A stretch of DNA of 60,721 nt, taken from NCBI GenBank assembly GCA_022813965.1, contig JALDZS010000148.1, forward strand, positions 1 to 60,721. Direction: 5' to 3'. The notes beneath the pieces are model-generated. The model saw nothing but the letters and a program-made list of their open reading frames with translations, ran no database searches and was not told the origin of the DNA. Below are positions 37,315 through 51,200 of the stretch, in pieces. A program made the position numbers and the translations under genes. The first letter of the stretch is position 1. Every line of letters begins with the position of its first letter. Origin of the DNA: Toensbergia leucococca. Lineage: Eukaryota.

Positions 37315-38235
37315 GATGGAATAACTTGGTAAAGAAGGTGTTGCGGTCGGAAGTGATTTCAGTGTTTTCAGTGATAGTGGAGCGGAGTGTTGGTAATGTA
37401 GGAAAAGTAAATCAATAGCCAGGTAAGTACAGAGGAGAGATTGTTCTAGCGATGATGTGGATTGCCTGTTCGCCACCGGCTGAGTTTGTATGTGCTACTC
37501 ATCCAATGAATCTTCCGTATTGGTATTGGCAATCAATCCGCACGGAACTTGAGTGAAGTCAGGTGAAGGAACAGGTGATAGGTGGCATGGGCCACAAGAT
37601 GTCGCGATGCAACCAGGTAGACGAGTCTTGCGGCGAGACTCCTGCACGAGAATCCGGCTTCCGCTCGATGATGCTCGATCGACCTTCTCTACGGAGTACA
37701 TACAGTGATGCTGCACGTTTTCTTTCATTTTGATTGCTCCATCGCTTGGGATTTCCCCTGGTCATAACACTCTTCTCACTACCCATCTCATGCAATCATC
37801 GCCTTGTGCCTTTGCCAGTCTACTGTTCAGTCCCTCAATTTCATTTAAGCATCAGCTCCCTCCAAACATCATATCAGTACTGTGCGACACCCTATGCTAT
37901 TATATCGGACTACATGAAGCAGTTGTGAGAACGTTATGGTGTTGCTGTTCTTCCTCTTTAGATTCTCCCGTCGTCAAAAAGCAATGCTATCTAGTCAAGG
38001 AAAGTCTCATTGTGCTCGAGTCTCCTCTACAAAGTTGCCACCTGACTGCTTATTCGGCTTCTCTATCCTTTTAGTCTTGACCCATGCCAGTCTCAGAGAC
38101 GAAACCAACCCGAAATATCAACTCTGCTCAAGGCCACCGAGAAGCAATCTCCAGCACACAACCTAGATACACAGTCCGCCACACCCGTTTGTTGCAGTCA
38201 CGATGGACTGTACAGCTCCCGCATGTATACCTATC

Positions 38236-38840
38236 CTAGGAGATGTTGCTGAGGTACTGGCTTTGCTTATTGTGTAGGGGGACATTTTCCGAATTTGCAA
38301 TTCGGTAGCCACAACGCCTCCTTTCGCCTGGCCCCAACTTCATGGCCGTGTCAACCGGCATAACCGGTGGCAGTAAGTATGGTCCGGGCTCTGTAAGTTG
38401 TTCGAGATCAGTGATTGTGCGGCCGTCGACACCTTCGTTGGCACTCTCTAGATAATTGGCCCAATCCGCATAGTACTTGTATGCAGTCGCTGCGTTGAAT
38501 TGACTGATTCGACCAGGACTAAGCTGTGCATAATTCAACACCAACCCGTTTTCATCAAGGGATCGGAGGACACCGTCGGCACCAAGATGCAGATTATCAT
38601 CCCGGTGTCCCTCCCATTCGTGATAATCGACATTAGTCCCATTCTGGAGAAAGTCAATACGTGCCTGCCATAGAAAAGGAAGCCCCCAGAACGTTTTTGG
38701 TACTTGAAGGGCATTTGGAAGAGTCGTACCTCTGGAATAGCGCGGGCAATTACAATGAGCACGCTGACGAACAAAAAAAAGTTGATGTTGCCACCAGATT
38801 TCAAAGTCTGCTTGAGGCGGAAAATTGTGGAGGGCTTCAT
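38236..38840 (-). CDS. Small putatively secreted protein (possibly decaying)
   Basis: A phase-0 intron at 38644-38729 joins a hydrophobic leader (FFLFVSVLIVIARA) to NGTNVDY...HLGADGVLRSLDENGLVLNYAQLSP...GVDGR. Confidence 0.65.
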
Positions 38841-41088
38841 GTTGACGTTGGACTACCCTGACTTAAGGGATATGAGAAAGCGTGTTATGAATATGACTTT
38901 TTTGTCAAAGCTGATAAGCTGTAGATGCCACATGAGGGTTCGTTGCGACTCTTATCTATAGACCTGCTGAGACATTTCTCAGGTACTCTTGTGGTGGCAG
39001 GAAATGTTTCTCCTATTCATGGTCGCACGTAACACAGTTGATATATATTGCTGGCTGCACCCATCCGTGATCATTTCTTCAAATATGAAACGCAGGCGAC
39101 GACATGGAGAGATGAGAAGCAATCGAAGGTTTTGTATCCATTGAGAACTCATATTGTTCATGCTGTGCTACCTGTTTCGATTCGTTCTCTGATAGTTACA
39201 ACCAGCCGAACTGTCCATTCTTTGCTTCATCCTCCGAGCAGCTAGGAAACAAGATTCCAAACCAACTCACTTACTTGAGGTAGAAATCACTACCGAGAGG
39301 CGGTCACCCGGAACGGTGACAGAAGCCTGCACAGGATCCAGTAGATCATGTGTTACCCAGCGACCCAAATCTGACATTGATACCGTAGCTTACCTCCCAG
39401 ATCTCGATTTCAGGTCCAGTGGTACCAAGGATGAGAAAATAATCGACGAAAACGTTGCCGGGACCAAGCATATCAGTTCTGCTGGCTTGGCGACCCACTA
39501 TGAAATGTCTTGTCAAGGTCACACAGCCTCTACGGCTGGTCTTGCCTACCTAGTGAATTGTACCTGCAGCTCCCCTTTGCCATCTCTAAATCGCTGTCAA
39601 ACCTGGTGGAACATCGGCAGCATTTTGATCAAAGCGTAGGAGCTTGTCAGAACTTCGCTCCGACTAGGCTCGGAAGTATTGAAGAAGTCCGGATAGCTGT
39701 GATGATTCCCGAATTTCTGAATAGATATGAACTCGTCGTGTTCAGACACATGATCTTCGTTGAAGTGGATGACGGCTTCCTGCCCCCCGACGGTTATGCC
39801 AGGGTCTCTTCGGTCTGGTACTCTCTTTGGATGATGCATCACAAGAAACATATTTATTTTTTTCAACGATCTGCATGAGCAGAAAGTGTCCATATGTAAT
39901 AACCTAGATCTAGAAACTGAACATATGCAGGCTGATCCCGAAGAAACAAAGTAATAGAATTATGGAACGGATAAGGGTATTACTCGAATACGCTGAGATT
40001 CATGAGCAGAGAGAGCAGCAACTAGGCAGAGAGCCTCGTGAGAAGCATGATCTAATATCAGCAGATATTTAGACCATAGATTCCCAGTTGATCTAGGTAT
40101 TCTGATCCACCGGACCTTGACGTCTTTATAAGAGATTACACCTCATCGGAGATGCAAGAAGGGCCTGGAAGCATTCATAGCAATGTCATTAAATGGTAGT
40201 ATCATCATAGCTTTGTGCGTCTTGAAACACCTTCCGATGAATGTTATATTGCTTACTGAACCCATTCACCCCTAGAGTAAGACTACTAACATCGTGTCTC
40301 AATGAAAGCTGCCAAGTGATGATGCCTGGCGTTTGACCAAAAATGCATCTCGGGTATGATGATGAAACAAGACTTGCTGCAGCAAATGAGATTCGTTCTG
40401 GTCGACAGCAACACGATCAGAGTGATGATCCGTACTCTGACAGCGCTACCATTCTTAGGTAGCCGCAATGTAAGCATCTGTATGGTCTCGAGTGACCTAC
40501 TCAGACGAGCGAGTCAGAGATCAGACGAAGCAAGGTGTTGTTGATTGAGAGGACTATGAAGATAGTCAAGTCGATGATACCTTGCAAAAGAAGGCATTTG
40601 ACTTTGTGCAGCGCGAAGTGAAAGATGATTGATTGCTTGGAGGCTCATGATTAGACTTCCCGGCAAGGGAACAGAGAAGGAAGAGGGCTTTGACAGAAAG
40701 AAGAAAATATGCATTTCCCATCGTTACATCACAGATCCCGTATCCCCAGTAGCTCTCTTCAATGTTCATATTCCACGCGCTATGATTACTAAGTAACGAT
40801 ATCAGCAATGTCATTCGATGTTTTTCTGCCATGGTCCATGCAATCTCAATAAACTTCTTATGTCAACCTTGAACACACCTTTCACGTTAGCAAGAGTCTT
40901 CTAAGAAGAACAAACTCAGATTAGTAGGAGCAGGTGCCGTGACTCGTGCATGCTCGATGCCATGTGACCGTTAGAATAGGAACATTAGGAACATACACAG
41001 CAGACCAATCCAAGAACTCAAACCGTATGTCGAGATTGTTTAGAGGAAAAAAGGATTCATAAACGCCCTATCCACTCCCTGACTGGGG

Positions 41089-41744
41089 CTACCGTCTCCT
41101 TGCTCCTTTGAACAACATACCACCAACGACACCTGCAGCGATGGCAACGCCACTCAATATGGCAACGCCCATCAGCCCGTCTTTAGCAACCTTGTCATCG
41201 ATCAGGCCCCTCAAGCTTCCCGCTTGCAAGTTGGCCGGCTCGTGGTCCAACAGAAGATCGTTGTATCTCCTCGCCTCGGCATAATTTCCGAGCTTGTAGT
41301 TTCCCAGTGCTAGATAGTAGAGGCATTCACGCCTTCGCTCAGGAGCGTTGCGAAAAATGTCTGAGAGTAGACGGACGCCTTCTTGTTGTTCATTGCGGGT
41401 AGAAGATTTGATGAGACCCTGGAGAACGAGGTGAGTGGGAGCGTCGTGCGGTATCCGAGAAATAGCCTACCCATGCATAGTTGAACTTTGTCTGCACCCC
41501 AACGTAGTCTCCTTCCTTGTCGTATTGAGCCCGTAGAACTTGAAGCTCTTCTGGCTTCAGCGGGCTGTGCGGGAAAAAGTACGTTAAGTCTTGGTCTTAG
41601 GTCCTGGAGGAAGCATTGCTGACCTTTCTGCATCGGCAGCATCTGGTAAGAGGAATGTCATGTTAGTAGCGAAACATAGAATAGAAACGAGCAGATTCTT
41701 ATGACAGGACTATTGGGGGACGTACACGGTAGATTCGAGCCCAT
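41089..41744 (-). CDS. FIS1: Mitochondrial fission protein Fis1 (four exons; not in the ORF track)
   Basis: Spliced translation reads [49 protein letters not shown]...[24 protein letters not shown], followed by a C-terminal tail anchor ending ARRR. Confidence 0.95.
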
Positions 41745-42068
41745 TGTTGATAGATACCGGGCAACTTCTGGGATATATCCGTACGAGCAGCTACGACGAA
41801 GGGTTCTTTATTTTACAGACACATGGCACAAATTGTGGCGCTATTCTGATCGTGCTCCACCCACATCTGCAAGCGCTATCGCCATGTAAGCGCGTCACTC
41901 GGTCGATCTTTCAATGTTTACAAATATTCTAACACTCTTACGAATAATCAAACTTCATTTTTTCACCTACGAATTTGAACTCGCCACATAATCTAAGCTG
42001 TCGAGTATCATAGTGATCTGGATCTTAATGATCCAGCTCTGAATTACTACTGCCGTTTATCCTGGACA

Positions 42069-42878
42069 ATGCTGCTCGACGAGGATCCCGCAACGGTAGG
42101 CTTCGTACTCTACACTACAGCTGAGCAGCCAACGTGGAATACCTCGAAATATTACCAGAGATCTGATATCGAGTGTAGCTTATCCATCATACAATTGGCA
42201 ATTTCAACATCCACCCTGACAAGATTGCCATCGGTCGCATACATGAATCTCTTTCTACACTCCAACAGGCGCGCGACCTACGAATAAGAGAAGCTGAAGG
42301 CGCACTAAAGAGTATGCGAGAACCCAGAGTCTATGATGAACTTTGAATAAGAGCTTACGTTTCCTCTCAGAGCTCTCGAGAAACCTTACAACTCTGTCTT
42401 CACACCATAGCGAAACCCTCTCATCCCATAATAGCGTAGACCATGCATCTCAGATCGTCGAACTTGATACACAAAAATTCCGAATTGCCAAAACAGCCTC
42501 CGATCTTGAGATTGAGGGCGAGAGGCTAGAGCAAGAATTGGAGGCTTTGAAAGGTCGATTACAGGATCTGGAAATCCAAGGAGTGGAAGGTGATGAGGCG
42601 GCCAAGGCAAGGAGAGAGATAGGTGATCCTACGATGTGAGTATCCACTCGCCGCGCGAAGTAACAACACGAAGATATGGGATGTTGACAATTGATTGGAA
42701 CCTCAGATTGAAACTCAAAGTCTACCGATCCCTCGGAATTGACGTGGAGGTTGACAATGGAGGCAACTACAATAAGGCAATCATCCGGAACAAGCTAAAA
42801 GGAGACGTGCACGTAGTGAATATTGATCCCAAATTTTCGAGGTTTTTCTACGCCAATTATTTTTGGCAGACGATGTAG
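42069..42878 (+). CDS. SPC24: Ndc80 complex kinetochore subunit Spc24
   Basis: Motifs [31 protein letters not shown] and [12 protein letters not shown]. Three introns. Confidence 0.9.
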
Positions 42879-43775
42879 GGATAACGGCATTGGGAAAGTT
42901 GATGCTCGGGTTTGGCGTTGGAGTTCCCCTGAATGCTATTGGTTTTGCTGAAGCAACGGCAGTCTGGTTTATTGTACGGAATGTTTTAACAGAAGTGTAG
43001 CATATGGCAATTGGAAAACACGAGATGACAGAGAATAGGTACAGTATGAAAATGAGTGTCGAAACTTATGCAGTGAACACTGGAGTGAGTGGACTGCACC
43101 CGTTCAATACTTGGAAGGATTAGCCAAACCCGAGACAAATGGGGTTCATGGTGACGTCCAATGAGGCGGTCGGCCACTCCCGAAACTCATGTCCATTATT
43201 GAAGCCGTCATCAGCTATATGCCTTTCTATGACTTGACACCTGCAAAGCACCGAGGCTTACGAGAAATGCTAAGTCCGTACGATTTTATGGCTTGAATGA
43301 CTAAGGAAAATGGTCAAAGTTGTGCGAATTATGCTGTCAATGAACTTCTGTTGGCTTCAATTCATTGATTACTTCATCTCTATGGGATCCTCCTCGCACT
43401 ATGGAATTCCGTCTGCAAGGTTTCACGGCGCACGTTTAGAATTTCCAAGGCCTTGTATTTCTATTTTCCCAGGCTATGAGGTTCGAGTCGAAAGATTTGT
43501 TATGAGAGGTTTGGAAGCTCTGCCCGCGATCATATTCAAGTGACATCAGGCAACCTCAGGTAACCTTCGGATTCTCCTAGAAAAAGAGCATGACGACAAT
43601 GTGATCCATTACACTGGCATCAGAAGCAAAGATGACGAGATTCGAGGAAGACGAAGTTCATGGTTTCGCTCGTCCTGGCAGGAAATTGGCTAGACACCTG
43701 GGCATCTGGTCCCCCATATTGATATTTCTCATCCACGACTTAGAGTATTTTCAGATTCGCTGCTTCTATGAGGCC

Positions 43776-44672
43776 TCAAGAAGCCCTGCTCGATTCCTCC
43801 GTGCTCCAAACATTAGCAATTGCTGGGGGGCTCGAAATCTCACAGGCGCAGACAGGCCCTATCTCGATCTCACGCACTTTGCTCTGCCTTTTCAAATAAT
43901 CCGCCGCTCGCCTCCGCTCACGGACGACCATTGGCCTCTCGTCTTCACTCCTCTTAGCCATCTGAGTCTCTTCGTCATCGCGCCCGTACTCAGCATCCCA
44001 ATGAGAGTTACAGTACCCGTACAGCCACTCACAGTCCTTTCCCTCCTCCACCAAGGAGGTCGCCAAACTAGCATCCAATTTCCCGTCTACCACCTCCCCA
44101 CCGAACATCTCATATATTATCCGATTTCCGTGCTCCACCTCATCTGGTGCTGGGCCCTCGGCGCGCAGGCTGCGTTTTATGGAACTGCAGCCTACGAGCC
44201 TCCGCCATCCAGTTCCGCACCTTGGACAGAAGAAGGCAGGATGTAATTGAAACAGATACCTCTCTTCGCTCAACATGACCATGAACCCGTAGAGCGTCGC
44301 AGCACCCCACGCTAGAATCACAAAAATTAGGGATATCAATGCCATGTTCCCGGGTAGTAAATCTTCGATCCATTCCCAGGCCAATTGAATCTGCTGGGAC
44401 CACGTAATAACACTAAGCAAGGCAGTGAGGAAGCTCGTAGAGATAAGACGTGATAGCAGATAACGCCAGTCACGGAGACGTTCGTGGACTTCAACGACAG
44501 TGATGGGACGACTAGTAGACCGGATATAGAATAGGAAGAGGTAGCTGATGTAGAGATGAACAGGAAGAGCAATGGCCCATAAAATGGTCACGGTGACTTC
44601 AATATGCACTGGGAGAGCAGGGGTAGAGGGTGATGCGATGGTCGCCATTGTAGATCGCATTCGAGCGATCAC
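43776..44672 (-). CDS. Hypothetical membrane protein (3 TM plus FCPRC)
   Basis: 298-aa open frame with three hydrophobic helices. No family recognised, and the start is uncertain. Confidence 0.6.
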   Translation of the reverse strand: MIARMRSTMATIASPSTPALPVHIEVTVTILWAIALPVHLYISYLFLFYIRSTSRPITVVEVHERLRDWRYLLSRLISTSFLTALLSVITWSQQIQLAWEWIEDLLPGNMALISLIFVILAWGAATLYGFMVMLSEERYLFQLHPAFFCPRCGTGWRRLVGCSSIKRSLRAEGPAPDEVEHGNRIIYEMFGGEVVDGKLDASLATSLVEEGKDCEWLYGYCNSHWDAEYGRDDEETQMAKRSEDERPMVVRERRRAADYLKRQSKVREIEIGPVCACEISSPPAIANVWSTEESSRAS

Positions 44673-45267
44673 GGAAATAAGGAAAACTTTGGTCTCGAAC
44701 TGGCAGACGGATGAAAATGAAAGAGAGCAGCGAGTCCACGTTAGAACAGGTGAAATAGAATTGTGAAAGAGAGCACATGCCTTGTAATTAGAAGAACGGG
44801 AGACTCAATGATTGGGCAGCTCTTGGCTGCGAGGTACCATATTGAGTTTCTATGGCACTTTAGCCTTGGGCACATGTTTGCAATTGAGTGAGGAGCAATG
44901 TGAGTATGAAGTCAGGTTTGAGGAGACATTTCTCAGCTGACGGCTGCTTTGAGTGATCCAAGGCGTGATATCACACGAGAGTGGGCACAAAATCAAAAGT
45001 GAGGAGCTGGTCTCAACCGAACGTGAAGAAGGTGGACTGTGTAAGAGTAAGGATTGACATAATTTCTAATCTGGATATATGCTACAATGAGCTTACTGTG
45101 CGAATAGTAAGGTAATTCTAAGGTAACTTAGGCCGCCCAGGAACTCCAGTACTGCAGTGTAAAATTCATGACGTACGGTATTCTATTAAATTACTCCGTC
45201 CTCCGTAAGCATAAGTTATTCCTGGATGGAACCGGCAACATATTCTGTCAGTGAGTAGTAGCACCAC

Positions 45268-47701
45268 ATGCCTCGCCATAGACCACCGACCTCTGGTTAC
45301 GCCCGCATTGCTCAAGCAGAAGAGGCTAACGGCCATGGCTACCTGGACGATTCTGACGACGAAGATCCTCATCGTGCACCCCAAATTATCTCAGCTTCAG
45401 CCCCACGCTATGCTCCAATCCAACCACGGCCTCATGGACAGATGCACGCTGATCCTCTTGACGGAGCTCCGGCCCATCGGAGACGATCAAGCACCGGAAG
45501 GCGGCGTACGCGCAGTAACTCTGGCGTAGACATTAAGGCCATCAACGCTCGCCTAGAGCGGTGGGCAGAGGAAATCGCTTCCAAATTCAAGATAAATAAG
45601 GGCAAAGGAAAGAAACAAGACGACGAGCCGTTGGAGATACAGCACTCGGTGTTTCAGGCTCCCGATGGTGTCCGCCCTGCTACGACCGAAACGCTCGCTT
45701 CAGAAATCACAGATGCCCAAGGGGAACGGATGACCAAGATTGGATTTGACGATGTGGTGGAGAGCGTAAAAGTTGCCATCGAACTAGGCGTCCATCCCAA
45801 GATGATATCACAGGGAAGCTCGGGCAGCTACTTTGCAAGGAATAGCGAGGGTAGAGTGGTGGGAGTATTCAAACCCAAAGATGAGGAGCCATACGCTTCG
45901 AGGAACCCCAAATGGACCAAATGGATACATCGAAATCTATTTCCGTGCTTTTTTGGCCGAGCCTGCCTCATACCTAACCTTTCCTACGTCTCCGAAGCAG
46001 CAGCATATGTGTTAGACAGCAGATTACGAACAAATTTGGTACCATACACTGATATAGTTTATCTCTCCTCAAAATCCTTCTACTATGACTTTTGGGATAG
46101 GTCGAATTATTGGCGGAAGCGGAAACCGCTACCAGCAAAAGTAGGGAGTTTCCAAGTCTTCTTGAAGGGTTTCAAGGATGCAAATGTATTTTTACGAGAT
46201 CACCCGTGGCCAGATCAGGCAAATCCGGGCTTCCGGCCTGAAGACGCACCCAAAAGGAAGAAAAGACCGTGGGTAGAAACATGCAGGCCAAGTGGCACTA
46301 CGTCGGATGATGATGAAGAAGAAGCACCGAGCGATATCAGGTCATCAGCCACCGATGAAGAGACACAAGAAAGGAGATTCACTTGGACAGATGCCTTACA
46401 ACAGTCTTTCCGAGAAGAGCTCGAGAAGTTAGTCATTTTAGACTATATCATGAGGAATACAGACCGAGGATTAGATAATTGGATGATCAAAGTAGATTGG
46501 CATACTCAGGAAGTTTCAATTGTGTCTGAACCGCCAAGAATGAATGGTGATGCGAGCGAGCACGCAACACCACTTGCGCCCCGGAGTCATGATGGCATCC
46601 CACTATCAGATCCTTACCCTTACAAGCGTCAAGAAGATATGAGGGCCACAAACAAGTCTGGAACCCCTCCGAATGCGCCAGATGTAAGCACCGGTCCCTC
46701 TATTTCCATCGGTGCAATTGACAATAGCCTTTCATGGCCATGGAAGCATCCCGATGCTGTACGTTTCTTTTCAAGCCTTTCGTCTTCCTTTTTGAATACT
46801 GACATCTGAAAAGTGGCGAAGTTTCCCCTTTGGCTGGCTTTTTCTCCCTGTGTCTCTGATTGGGCGGCCGTTCTCGTCGAAGACTCGTGATCACTTCCTT
46901 CCCCTGCTAACCTCGACTCAATGGTGGAGCGACACACAAATGGCTCTGCGAGGGGTCTTCAGCCAAGATTCAGACTTCAAGGAAAAGATGTTTGCAAGAC
47001 AAATAGCTGTTATGAAAGGCCAAGCATGGAACGTTGTAGAGACGTTGAAAACGCCTGACCATGGTCCGCTGGAGCTGACGCGGCGAACTAGAGTATGTGT
47101 ATGGGATGACTTGGTCGATATCCCCGTTGCTACTCCAATGCGGGTGCCTTCGGCGGAGATGCGCCGGCGAAGAGACCAAGAGCTACGTAGGAGTATCGAG
47201 GAGGAAGAAATGGACATCAGCGCTGCCAACGTCTCGGTACCAACAGTGGATCATGATCTCCTCGGCCTTTCATCACCTGTAATGGAGCTACCGAATCCAA
47301 ATCGGTTTGACTTATCACGCAACACTAGCTCGTCCGACCTAGGGGGAATCCTCGATAGACAAGATTCGCCAGATACTGTCATAGGCATAAGTCTCAGCCG
47401 TGACGCAGACATTCGCGAAGCCAAAAACCTACACAAAAGCGATCCATTGAGGCCTGGGCCGCCAAGATCGAAAACACGATTGAGTTTCGAAGGCCCCAAA
47501 AAGAGTCGGAGCCATGGGAATGCACGTAGACGGTATTCTTTCTCGACAAGGTATGGAAGTACCCCATTCCTGTATAACGAGGATGATTTGGAAGGAGATC
47601 TGGGTTATGCGGCAGCAGAGGGGATGGAAGGGAACCAGCGAAAAGTGATAGTGGAACGGTTAGAAACCGTGAAAAGCAAACCAGTCTTTGCGTGGTGTTA
47701 A
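45268..47701 (+). CDS. LSB6: Type II phosphatidylinositol 4-kinase
   Basis: Motifs QGSSGSYF, VFKPKDEEPY, LDYIMRNTDRG and AIDN...PWKHP. Intron at about 46759-46813. Confidence 0.95.
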
Positions 47702-48296
47702 GGAAATGGCTGCATTTATTTATGGCATATGTTGCATCGCAGTGGCAATACGGGAGCATGGAAAGGCGTTGTTGTTTGGTTTTGGCGCAAGATTGGAGAC
47801 GGTGAGTCTTACTCTTGCGGAAGACTAGACGACAGTTTCTACCTAGTACGAGACATGGCATCTTACCTTGGACGTTGATAGAATACTTGTTTATACATGT
47901 ACCACATATTTCCTCAGTTAAGTCATCATCTCGTTTTACCCAAACGCAGTTTTCTACCAATCGTGTTGTCGCAGTGTTATGTACAAGATTAATACAGAGG
48001 ACCTTGTAGAATATCACACGCGGTACCTTTGAGGCTCCACGGAGACTTTCCCTTAGTTGATGCAAGACATACCGAGGCACCTTACTCGAAGAGGGAAGAG
48101 CGAATGATATCGATTAATGATCCTTCTGAAGTCATTAGCAAGCTGGATCTGAATCTGAATCGGAATAGCTTCCAATCACTTCCTCATTCACTCTTTCAAC
48201 TCATCATAATCAACATCTTACCCAACACTTGCTTCCGTCTCGACCTTCATCCTCGCTCATACATTTGCGATGTTTTACATCTAAGTATATCTAATC

Positions 48297-51200
48297 ATGG
48301 ATGGCTACATGAACGCCCCGAATGGGTACTCGACACCTGTAGGAGGATATGATGTCCGTACATTACCTTCTCCACGTGGTGTTAATGGCTTGCCCATCTC
48401 ACCGGCAATGCTCACCGATGCGAAGAGTATGAGGCAGCACTTGGCTCATGGTATAGCTACTTCACCTTCTTACTTTGCTTCCACCAATGCTTCACCACCT
48501 CGCCCTGGAAGCGAGCCCCCTTCCACTACCCCTCACACCTTTGACGTCATCTCAAATCAATCAAAGGATGATGCTTACCTTGCTTTCAACGACCAAGACC
48601 GCAATAGAACAGTCGCTCCCTCACCCAAAGTGACTCAGACCCCTACCGCGTTTGACCCGAGACGCCTTCTCGATCCGAAGGGATTTGACCCAAGCCAACG
48701 GCCAAAGAAACTCATGAATCCATCCCCACAACCTACTTCATACGATCTGTCACTTTCACATTCGCCACCTAGGAATGGTTTGAACAAGCGCGACCACGGG
48801 GAGTTTGAGGGAAACGACATGGGCAGCTTTATTGAGCGGCTCCACAACGTCTCTCAGCGAGATGAACGACCACAGAAGAAGCAGAAGAAAGAATACGCTA
48901 ATAGAGATAGTGATGAGGAGCAGAAAAAGTCAAACTTTACAGGTGGCGGGAAAGGGGGGGATATCGGAGAGTACATGAAGGAGAAGCGGAAGGAAGGGCA
49001 ACAAGTTGATGGACCCGTCAATACCGTGGTAGACTTGACTGGAGGTAGGTACCCAGTCGAGTACCCTTTAGATTTCTCGAGGGCTGACTACAGTAACAAG
49101 ATGAAGATGACGATGTAGTGTTTGTCAGCGACGCCCAGGACAAGGAAGTTTGCTATGGACGACTCGACAAAGCAAGGGTCAATGCTCATATAGTTCCCAG
49201 CCCTGGTCCCAAGTCTACGTCCCTGAGTAAAACCGAATGGCCAGTTATGAAATTACAGTTGAAACGTTTTCCTGGCCAAACCGTTATTATTCGGGTCCTT
49301 GATCCGACTGGAAAGGATTTTGGGAACATCGATTCGCACACTGCTTATGGGCTTGTGCCCCTCATGGATTCCAAGATTTTGAATATTCGAATTCAAGCTC
49401 GGTTGAACAACCGCAAAAAGAAGCCTGGTGAGACACCCGGTCAAGGCTGTTCTGATTATTTTGATATGACCCTTAATCTGTATGGGCCCAAGAGGCATGC
49501 GGTAGCCATCGGCAAGTCACTTAGCCAAAAGCAAATATTCTTCAGGAATCCCTTGATCGTGGACAATGGTGTCGAGGTTTTTAATCCACATCTGCCATCT
49601 GAAAATGCGCTGCCGAGGACAAGTCTTCCGGGTATGTCTGCAGGACTGCCTGGCCTTGGCTATATGACTCGTACGGTTGAGGAAATCCGTAACGATGTTA
49701 TTGGTATGTTCGACTCTCTCGAAAAATCCGAGAATCTACCAGAAATGGAACCGGATGTTCGAATTTGCACTCCTCTTTTGAGGCATCAGAAGCAGGGCCT
49801 TTACTTTATGACTAATAAGGAGAAAGAGCGGGTTTTCAGTGATAGGGAAGAAGACAATAGCTCACTGTGGCGTCTAAAACTTCGACCAAATGGACAGCGA
49901 GTGTATTATAATGTGATCACGGGTAAGGAGGAGCGCACCAAACCACCTGAAGTTCTGGGAGGAATCTTGGCAGATATGATGGGCCTAGGAAAGACCTTGA
50001 GTATATTGTCTCTTGTGGTGGGAAGTCTCAACGATTCTTGTCAATGGGCAAAGCAGAAGCCACCGCCACGGCCTGATGGGGAAAGTCCTCTCACCAGGAA
50101 TTCCAAGGCAACACTACTTGTCTCTCCTTTGAGCACGATTGCGAATTGGGAGGAGCAGATTGCAGCACACGTTGAACCTGGAACCTTGTCATACTATGTC
50201 TATCATGGTAATAACCGTTGTCAGGATATCGATCAGTTATCAAAATATGACATGATCATCACGACATACAACATCATATCAAGCGAGTACAATGGACGGA
50301 GTAGAAAGAGAGATGCGAGCCCACTACTTCAAACCAATTTCTTCCGCATTGTTCTTGATGAAGCACACATGATACGGGAGCAATCAACAAGACAGTCACA
50401 AGCAACCTGTTCTCTCTCAGCCCAGCGACGTTGGGCTGTTACGGGTACCCCAGTTCAGAATAGACTGGACGATCTTGGCGCTTTGATCAAGTTTCTCAGA
50501 CTCAAGCCTTTTGACGAGAAAGGCTCATTTACTCAATTCATTCTGAGTCCATTCAAAAACGCAGATCCAGAAATAGTAATCAAACTCCGGCTCCTCGTGG
50601 ATAATATCACTCTTCGACGTTTGAAGGATAGGATAGATCTACCTCAAAGAACTGATCAACTTGTAAGACTCAATTTCAGCGACGAAGAGAGGGTCCTGTA
50701 CGATTGGTTTTCGAGAGACTCAGCTAGCAAGATGAAAGTCATTGCTGGTGGGCAGAAGAAAAGCTTGGGAGGGAAAACTTATGTGCATATTCTACGGGCA
50801 ATAATGCGCCTTCGGCTTATCTGCGCCCATGGCAAAGAGCTTCTAAGTGAGGACGATCTGAAGATGACTGAAGGTTTTAGCTTGGACAATGCGATTGATC
50901 TGGAGGATGAAGAGATTGACCAGAAACCGGCCATGACCTCTCGACAGGCGTACGAGATGCTCATGCTTTTCAAGGAAACCGACGCCGATACTTGCTCTCA
51001 ATGTGCACGGAAGATTGGAACCAAGGGGGATGTTGCCGAAGATGTATCGAGCACAAAAGAAGAAGTGATTGGCTACATGCTACCATGCTACCAGGTCGTA
51101 TGCAAAGATTGCCATGGGGATTTTGAACGCTCAGTCCAAAACAAAACCACTTCGGACAATCATTTTGTTTGCCCGTTTTGCGAGCAATACCTGCCACTCT

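Noticed and set aside
40310..40445. TGATGA and CTGA boxes suggesting a C/D snoRNA
   Set aside because: No terminal stem or recognisable rRNA-complementary guide was found. A snoscan/Infernal run would be needed.
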